From: a virus
Length of the DNA stretch: 46,022 bases
Virus record (IMG/VR): IMGVR_UViG_3300045988_121238
Strand: one strand, 5' to 3'
Shown: piece by piece, positions 40,960 to 46,022 of the stretch
Numbering within the stretch: position 1 is the first letter of the stretch
Layout of the letters: every line of letters starts with the position of its first letter
Made by a program: the position numbers and the translations under genes
Notes under the pieces: generated by a model
Told to the model about the DNA's origin: nothing
Database searches by the model: none
What the model saw: the letters and a program-made list of their open reading frames with translations, nothing else

Positions 40960-40988
40960 AAAAAAAGCCCCCGGCTTTCGCCGAGGGC
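40960..40988 (-). terminator. Rho-independent terminator after the SSB-like gene (minus strand)
   Basis: On the minus strand: GCCCTCGGC-GAAA-GCCGGGGGC followed by TTTTTTT. Confidence 0.7.
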
Positions 40989-41020
40989 TAGAGATCATTT
41001 TCGTGGCGTCACGAAAATGG

Positions 41021-41665
41021 TCAGAACGGGTTGTCGTCAAGCGGAGCGTCGTCGTAGGGATGCGCAACCGGAGCCGACGGCGTGACGGGCTTGGCTTCCT
41101 TGTCCTTCAGGTTCTTGAACTTAGCCTCGACCGCCTTGGCCTCGAGGTTGTTCAGGACTTCCTTCGCGTTCTGCCCGGTAACCTGATGGAACGGCGTGAT
41201 GATGTTCATCTGGTAGGTCGTCTTGATTTGCCCCTCGTGCTCATACTCGCGGTTCTCGCGCTGGAGGAGCAGGCCGATGGTCTGGCCCTCGAGTGCGCCG
41301 ATGCGATAGCCCGGGCGCTTCGTGCCGTCGCGGTTAAAGACCTGCGCTTGCGTAGCCTCAACCTTATCGAGCTTGAGCACGGCAAGCAGCGCGTCCATGA
41401 TGTCGGCCCCGAAGGTGCGATCGCCGTTGCGAGAGGAGACGAAGAGGCGGATAAAGGCCATCTTCTCGCCGCGTTCTTCAACGGTCTCGCCGCATTCCGT
41501 CCAACGGAGCGCCTTGAAGGCGAACTCGACGTAAGTCGCGCCCGCCTTGCTTTCGGCGACTTCAACCTGTGTGAGGGTGCCGACGTACTTGCCGGACTTG
41601 TCGATGCCGTTGAAGCCGGCAACCTTTTCCGCGGACTTGCGGTTCATGGTGAAGGTAGTGATCAT
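41021..41665 (-). CDS. ssDNA-binding-like protein (DUF669-type) with an SSB-like acidic C-terminal tip
   Basis: Coupled to the Sak4-like gene, a common DUF669 partner. The C-terminus YDDAPLDDNPF resembles the SSB tip (DDDIPF). Confidence 0.55.
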   Translation of the reverse strand: MITTFTMNRKSAEKVAGFNGIDKSGKYVGTLTQVEVAESKAGATYVEFAFKALRWTECGETVEERGEKMAFIRLFVSSRNGDRTFGADIMDALLAVLKLDKVEATQAQVFNRDGTKRPGYRIGALEGQTIGLLLQRENREYEHEGQIKTTYQMNIITPFHQVTGQNAKEVLNNLEAKAVEAKFKNLKDKEAKPVTPSAPVAHPYDDAPLDDNPF

Positions 41666-42324
41666 TCTTCAGTTTCCTTTTCGTTAGTAATGCCGTAGTA
41701 GTCGCAGATGACGCGGTCGATTGCCGCGAGGTCGTTCTCTATGTACTGCTCCGAGAACATTCCCATCGGCGATTTGACTGTGTCAGAGCCTGAGTTCTGA
41801 GTTGAGAAGAGATAGCGTCCGTTCTCGACGTGCGTCCGAAGGACTGTGGTGAACATGCCCTCGACAACGATCTTGTCGTCTAATAATTTCCCCAATGTCT
41901 TGATACGGGTGTTGCCGAACTCATCAGAGGTCGTGTGAGCGAGGACGTAGACGCGCTTGTTTTCACCGAGCTCGGAGGCGGCCTTGGCAATGTCGAATCC
42001 GGCCCCGCCGATCTCTGTGAACTTGCCGAACCCCTTCACGTTGCGTGCAGCCATGTACATCGATGCGAGGATGTACTGCCAGTCGTCCACGACGATCACG
42101 TCGAACGGGCTCGCGTGCATGTAATTGATGATTGCCTGCGGGTTCGAGCAGACGAGGATGTTGTTCCCATCGCCCTTCTGCTTGATCTCCTTCCACCCAG
42201 TGGAGCGGAAGGGGAGCGGCTTGCGCACCGGCTGGATCAAAAGTGTGTTTTTTGGGTCGAGGTTTCGAAGTGAACAGGTCTTGCCTGTTCCGCTCTCGCC
42301 CAAGATGAGGCATGCGTAGCTCAT
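41662..42324 (-). CDS. Sak4-like RecA-fold ATPase (AAA_24 family)
   Basis: MSYACLILGESGTGKT (Walker A), FDVIVVDD (Walker B), ...YVLAHT.... ATG at 42324 follows GAGGACG. The longer track ORF has a Ser/Thr/Arg-rich implausible extension. Confidence 0.75.
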   Translation of the reverse strand: MSYACLILGESGTGKTCSLRNLDPKNTLLIQPVRKPLPFRSTGWKEIKQKGDGNNILVCSNPQAIINYMHASPFDVIVVDDWQYILASMYMAARNVKGFGKFTEIGGAGFDIAKAASELGENKRVYVLAHTTSDEFGNTRIKTLGKLLDDKIVVEGMFTTVLRTHVENGRYLFSTQNSGSDTVKSPMGMFSEQYIENDLAAIDRVICDYYGITNEKETEE

Positions 42325-42334
42325 GGTGTCGTCC

Positions 42335-42541
42335 TCAGAAAGGGATTTCGTCGTCGCCGATGGCGTAGAAGTCTTCAAGCGACTTGTCGTAGATCGGCTC
42401 GGGACGCTTTGCACGTTCGCCGAACCACTGGGCTCGCTCGAACTCGTCGCGGCTGGCGAACTCTGGGTACGGGTCGAAGTCGACCTCGTCCTCTGGCTCG
42501 GGCATCGGTAGCTCGAGCGGCTCAAGTGAAGTGATCGTCAT
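42335..42541 (-). CDS. Small acidic protein ending in an SSB-tip-like GDDEIPF
   Basis: 68 aa from the ATG at 42541 (GAGGAG upstream). Highly acidic. The last residues are DDEIPF. Confidence 0.5.
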   Translation of the reverse strand: MTITSLEPLELPMPEPEDEVDFDPYPEFASRDEFERAQWFGERAKRPEPIYDKSLEDFYAIGDDEIPF

Positions 42542-42543
42542 GC

Positions 42544-42873
42544 TTACTCCTCTGGGCATTCGAAGCCCGGCTCAGGGGCGAGGATGCAGTCGACGCGATA
42601 CAAAATCATTTCCGTCGCCTCGAAGAGCGCAACTTCGAGCTCGTCGTTGATGGCGTCGATGATCTTGGTGACCTCTCTTGCCGAGCTTGCGTCCTTAAGG
42701 CTCGTGATCGCTGCAATGAGATCGGTAGAGGAATTGGGATTTACGAGATACGCCACAAGCACTTCTTCTTGCCTGTTCGTGACGTAGTTCTCGCAGAGCT
42801 CGTCGATGTCCGCGTTCGGCGTATGCTCTGCCTGTTGCGCGATGCTTCGCGCGATGTCAGTCAAAGTCTTCAT
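42544..42873 (-). CDS. Hypothetical early protein
   Basis: 109 aa, acidic, coupled within the operon. Confidence 0.4.
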   Translation of the reverse strand: MKTLTDIARSIAQQAEHTPNADIDELCENYVTNRQEEVLVAYLVNPNSSTDLIAAITSLKDASSAREVTKIIDAINDELEVALFEATEMILYRVDCILAPEPGFECPEE

Positions 42874-43103
42874 TCGTTACTCCATGCTCCAGTGATGAGC
42901 GCGCCAGCGATGATGGCCAGCGCTCCGATGAAAGTGATGAGCGTCCGGACGCGTCCAGGGCGCTCGCATGAAAAAGGCTCGACGTTCTGCCGAGCCTGCT
43001 TTGCTGCGCGCCGCTGCTCGAGCGGTCGCTTTCGAGTAATTCGTTTCATGTCGAAGTCCCTTGGAATGTGGTCAATGATGTGGGCCGGGTCGGAGAAGCT
43101 CAT
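42870..43103 (-). CDS. Small protein with a C-terminal TM segment
   Basis: ...LITFIGALAIIAGALITGAW. ATGA-type coupling on both sides. Confidence 0.4.
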   Translation of the reverse strand: MSFSDPAHIIDHIPRDFDMKRITRKRPLEQRRAAKQARQNVEPFSCERPGRVRTLITFIGALAIIAGALITGAWSNE

Positions 43104-43351
43104 GCTGCTTCCTCCTCCTCGCGCTCCTGCCAGAGCACGCGAAGCTCCTCGAGGCAGTCCGCGATAACGTCCTTGTCGAGATTGACGTCGTTGGCGGCCT
43201 CGATGAAGTCCTCGGCGGTGACGAGGGTGCCGCCGGCGCGCATGGTGTCGAGGTCGAGCGGGTCGCCGTCGATGAGGATCGGCTGTTCGTCCGGATACTC
43301 GTCGTACACCGACGGGACGCCGCCCATGCCGAAGTAAAAACCGTTGCTCAT
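43100..43351 (-). CDS. Hypothetical acidic early protein
   Basis: ATG at 43351 (MSNGFYFGMGG...). The upstream part of the 43100..43699 track ORF is Arg/His-rich and implausible. Confidence 0.4.
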   Translation of the reverse strand: MSNGFYFGMGGVPSVYDEYPDEQPILIDGDPLDLDTMRAGGTLVTAEDFIEAANDVNLDKDVIADCLEELRVLWQEREEEEAA

Positions 43352-43506
43352 GCGAAGTACCTCAAGGCGAGAATGGTGATGGCGATGGCTGCGAGGCCGC
43401 CGACCGTGAACAGGCGAAGTCCGAACGTGATGGTGTCTTCGGACGTAGGCTCGTACTGGACGAGCTCGTCGGCGCTGCGCCCGGTGAAGAAATCGAGAAG
43501 AGACAT
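43348..43506 (-). CDS. Small membrane protein (52 aa)
   Basis: MSLLDFF...TFGLRLFTVGGLAAIAITILALRYFA. ATGA-coupled to the next gene. Confidence 0.35.
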   Translation of the reverse strand: MSLLDFFTGRSADELVQYEPTSEDTITFGLRLFTVGGLAAIAITILALRYFA

Positions 43507-43731
43507 AGCTTTCTCTCCGGTTGGGAAAATGAAAAAAGGCATTCAGATGCCGCCCTAGGAGATGCCACGCGAGGTGGCCGGCGGCACGTGAATGCCTTCT
43601 GATGAAAGTGGGGTGAGGGAGCCGGGGTGAACGCAAAAGCCTCTCGTCTGCAGATGCCCCGGCTTTGGGATCTGGCCTAGTGAGCCGCCAGATCGGCACA
43701 TATCTGCGTCATGCCGTTGCCCTCAAAATCG

Positions 43732-43959
43732 TTAAGGTAGTTCGTCCATGACGCACTGTACGTTGCAGGCGACCTGCTCGTACTTCTCAGCGAGAGGACA
43801 GTGGATCACCGTCGGCTCGGTCTTCATGTAGAAAGCGAGCGCTGCTGCGTTCACGATGCTCATGAGTGCAAACGCATGCACGTCGTTCTCGCCGCAGGTC
43901 TCGCGGCCGACCGAACGTAGGTAATGCGCAAGCCTGACGTCGAAGTCACTTTTTGTCAT
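43732..43959 (-). CDS. Hypothetical protein, first gene of the leftward operon
   Basis: AGGAGA precedes the ATG at 43959. 75 aa. Confidence 0.4.
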   Translation of the reverse strand: MTKSDFDVRLAHYLRSVGRETCGENDVHAFALMSIVNAAALAFYMKTEPTVIHCPLAEKYEQVACNVQCVMDELP

Positions 43960-44556
43960 CGTTGTTCTCCTAGTAGCCGTCCCGCGTGTCGCTCTTTGCG
44001 GGTGCCCGCGAGACGGTCTTGTGAAAGCCCATCCAAGCGTCCTCACCAGTCGAGGACTCGGTATTCGTTGAAAAAAGAGGCAAGGGCGCTTGAATCGGCT
44101 TTCGATCAGGTCGCGGCTGCGCTCGTTCAGCGCTCAGGCCGCTCGGGGCTAACATGCCCTCTGTCCGAAGACTGATCCTGATCTAGCTCGTGGGGCGAGC
44201 TTGCGTCGTTTTCAGGTGGTCCCCAACCCAACCGCACTGGAAGATACCCTCCAGCCGTCCGCTCACTTTTCATGCGCGACCTTTGCGACTACCGTTCCGT
44301 CGCGTGATGCGCTTCTGACAGACCCTTCTGTCCAGAATCGCGTCCGTTTGGCGGGCGGTCCCCGACACAGCTAAGTGCCGAGATTCGATGCCCTTCCCAT
44401 CGACGCCAAGCCTTGCGGCTCGGGTAGCAAGCGCTAAAGGTTGTTTAGCTAACCTGTTAAAGAGATATTAACACAGTTGAGCGTAGAGTGCTAGTTTTTG
44501 TTTAGCGCGCGTTTTGCGGCTAGTTCAAGTTTTGTTAACAGAGATCAAACAGACGC

Positions 44557-44596
44557 AAAAAAAGGCGCAAAAAAAGGCCGAGCGTGCAGCTCGACC
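44557..44596 (-). terminator. Terminator downstream of the cI-like gene (minus strand)
   Basis: On the minus strand: GGTCGAGC-TGCAC-GCTCGGCC (one G-U pair) followed by TTTTTTTGCGCCTTTTTTT. Confidence 0.6.
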
Positions 44597-44619
44597 TTTT
44601 GTGTGGGAGGGATGGGGTA

Positions 44620-45267
44620 TTACAACCGCTTGATGCAAAGACCGACGTAAGCGCGGCCGATTACTTCAATGCTTTCTGGTGTTGTGTTGATGGGCTCGTA
44701 AAACTTGTTGTCGGAAAGAAGGCGCAAGCCCTCTGGGGTTGCTTGTACGCGCTTGACGAACAAGCCTTCGCCGATACGGACGACATACATGCCATCTCTA
44801 ACGATCTTCTTTTCTGAGATGTCAACAATGACAGCGTCTCCTTCGTGGAGAGTTGGCTCCATTGAATCCCCGAACGCCGCCATTATCTGAAGAGAACGAA
44901 CGTTGGCAGATGGGCAGTACCTGCGGATGAATCCCTGAGAGACTCGCACAAAACGGATGAGTTCCAGTTCATCGGTATTCAGAAAGCCGTGGCCACAGGA
45001 AACCTCAGCATTGACGTGCGGGATAGAAACAATGCCGTCCTCAACCAGGGTTTGGACGGGTGAGTTGGCATCGCCAAACATAACATAGGCGGGTGTCACT
45101 CCAAATATCTCGCAAAGCGCTTCCAGCCCTTCTCGGTTTGGTTCGCTGTGGCCGATAGCCCAGTTGCGGACGGTGACGTTTGAAACGCCTACTTTCTTTG
45201 CGAGGCTTCGATACGAAAGCCCCGACTGCTCGATTAGAGCTTTGATGCGTTCGCTTACAGCTGACAT
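44620..45267 (-). CDS. cI-like repressor (HTH plus S24 LexA-type autopeptidase domain)
   Basis: HTH SYRSLAKKVGVSNVTVRNW. S24 motifs AFGDSMEPTL and ...GLFVKRV. AAGGAGG precedes the ATG. Divergent from the cro-like gene. Confidence 0.85.
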   Translation of the reverse strand: MSAVSERIKALIEQSGLSYRSLAKKVGVSNVTVRNWAIGHSEPNREGLEALCEIFGVTPAYVMFGDANSPVQTLVEDGIVSIPHVNAEVSCGHGFLNTDELELIRFVRVSQGFIRRYCPSANVRSLQIMAAFGDSMEPTLHEGDAVIVDISEKKIVRDGMYVVRIGEGLFVKRVQATPEGLRLLSDNKFYEPINTTPESIEVIGRAYVGLCIKRL

Positions 45268-45319
45268 AACAGCCTCCTTTGTCTACCTCGCATAGTAAAT
45301 GAGAATTTAACACCTTGCG

Positions 45320-45337
45320 TTTAGCACTAATGCTAAA
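45320..45337. promoter_or_regulatory. Candidate operator palindrome TTTAGCA-N4-TGCTAAA
   Basis: Perfect 7-bp inverted repeat in the cI-cro intergenic region, overlapping the -35 of the rightward promoter. TTTAGC/GTTAAC-type half sites recur at 44443-44451, 44499-44506, 44533-44538 and 45353-45358. Confidence 0.5.
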
Positions 45338-45350
45338 TCTGCTTTATAAT
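45321..45350 (+). promoter_or_regulatory. Candidate rightward early promoter (pR-like)
   Basis: TTAGCA (45321-26), 18-nt spacer, TATAAT (45345-50), 34 nt upstream of the cro-like ATG. Confidence 0.5.
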
Positions 45351-45384
45351 GTGTTAACGGTAATTTAACTACCTAGGAGGATAC

Positions 45385-45618
45385 ATGAAGCAAGCTACGA
45401 CGGTGTCGCTCGCGCTCGAACGATACGGCCAAAAGCGCGGCATCACCTACGGTGTTCATAGCCAGTTGGCTAGGGAGCTTGGCGTTTGCCGCCAAACCGT
45501 GTGGGGATGGTGCAAGCGCAACAGCGTGACGCCGAAGTATTTGGAACAGTTTGCTCAGCTTACTGGCGTTAAAGCGTCCGAGCTGAACAAGCTGACTCGG
45601 CGCGTCTGTGAGGACTGA
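45385..45618 (+). CDS. Cro/YdaS-like HTH regulator
   Basis: HSQLARELGVCRQTVWGWCKRNSVTPKY. AGGAGG precedes the ATG. Divergent from cI. Confidence 0.7.
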   Translation: MKQATTVSLALERYGQKRGITYGVHSQLARELGVCRQTVWGWCKRNSVTPKYLEQFAQLTGVKASELNKLTRRVCED

Positions 45619-45620
45619 CT

Positions 45621-46022
45621 ATGAGTTACGCCGCGATCGATTGGGCAATGCCAAAAGTCATTAAAGACGTGAACGCAAAATCTTGTCTTGTTGTGCTGGC
45701 TTATCACCACAACAAGGAAACGGGTTTGTGTTGCCCGAGCATTTCTACGATTGCGGATGAGATGGGCGTTCGGTCTTTGAACACCGTCCGAAAGGCCATC
45801 GGAGTTCTCGTAGAAATGAATCTACTCGCGATATCTCGTGAATTTGGTGATCGTGGAGAAATCCTGAGCACGAGATACACGCTCAATCTCCAGTCTGAAG
45901 CGTTCAAACCAGTGAAGAAAAAGAAAGGGGTGGTTCACGACATGAAGGAGGGTCATGAGGTGAAGGAGGTTCACGACATGAAGGAGGGTCATGAGGTGAA
46001 GGAGGTTCACGACATGAAGGAG
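45621..46022 (+). CDS. Replication initiator, N-terminal (winged-HTH) part; runs off the window end and continues at nt 1
   Basis: MSYAAIDWAM...AKSCLVVLAYHHNKETGLCCPSISTIADEMGVRSLNTVRKAIGVLVEMNLL is typical of phage HTH replication proteins. There is no stop before 46022. Confidence 0.75.
   Translation, partial: MSYAAIDWAMPKVIKDVNAKSCLVVLAYHHNKETGLCCPSISTIADEMGVRSLNTVRKAIGVLVEMNLLAISREFGDRGEILSTRYTLNLQSEAFKPVKKKKGVVHDMKEGHEVKEVHDMKEGHEVKEVHDMKE
45933..46022. repeat. Iteron array (candidate ori), left-hand part
   Basis: Five contiguous 18-nt units alternate GTTCACGACATGAAGGAG and GGTCATGAGGTGAAGGAG. Confidence 0.8.

Noticed and set aside
40930-40961. Possible promoter for the 40900 cassette (minus-strand TTGACA at 40956-40961)
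   Set aside because: No acceptable -10 lies at 16-18 nt spacing (TTGTAG at 16 nt, TAGGAT at 20 nt), so it was left unannotated.
43532-43551. Hairpin GGCAT-TCAG-ATGCC plus a T-run on the minus strand just upstream of the 43506 start, as an operon-internal terminator
   Set aside because: The stem is only 5 bp, which is too weak to call.
43100-43699. N-terminal extensions of track ORFs (43100..43699, 41662..42525, 33516..34271, 35851..36375, 11477..12862, 8139..9320)
   Set aside because: The upstream portions are Arg/Ser/His/Pro-rich, overlap neighbouring genes and lack RBSs. Internal ATGs with Shine-Dalgarno sequences and ATGA/TAATG coupling give sensible proteins.

Overview
The window looks like one complete, circularly permuted temperate myovirus-like phage genome. 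Nt 1-55 are identical to 45966-46020, and one replication-gene ORF runs off the right end and resumes in frame at nt 1. There are two divergent transcription blocks. A rightward block (cro-like 45385, wrapping through nt 1 to about 35306) carries: replication initiator with internal iterons, DnaC-like loader, RusA, small and large terminase, portal, MuF-like protein, scaffold, capsid, neck, sheath, tube, chaperone with -1 frameshift, tape measure, baseplate, two collar-domain tail fibres, a collagen-like fibre cassette, and holin/endolysin/spanins. A leftward block (cI-like 45267 down to 35433) carries small early genes, Sak4-like ATPase, SSB-like protein, Rha, Gp157-like, dUTPase, a MazG-like gene and a truncated integrase. 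I saw no rRNA, tRNA or CRISPR. The most unusual feature is an intein (7162-8133) splitting the conserved N|CRC motif of the MuF-like head-morphogenesis gene. The space between its Hint blocks has no sense-strand endonuclease domain. Instead it holds a protein-like 299-aa ORF on the opposite strand (two HTH segments plus a DUF559/Vsr-like PD-(D/E)XK core), in codon register, with its own GGAGG-ATG, and the sense frame stays open across it. Other items worth a second look: an AT-richer two-gene cassette (unknown protein plus PD-(D/E)XK nuclease) between terminators at 39.4-41.0 kb; a free-standing HNH endonuclease in the baseplate module; several chimeric or truncated gene remnants (RusA-N::DnaC-C, NUMOD4, ParB-like, TnpB-like::membrane-protein paralogue, MazG-like::integrase deletion scar); a duplicated 'small beta protein + fibre' module; and a small acidic protein ending in an SSB-like DDEIPF tip. 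All family names come from recalled motif resemblance in the translations. No database search, HMM or composition calculation was run, and GC remarks are visual impressions.
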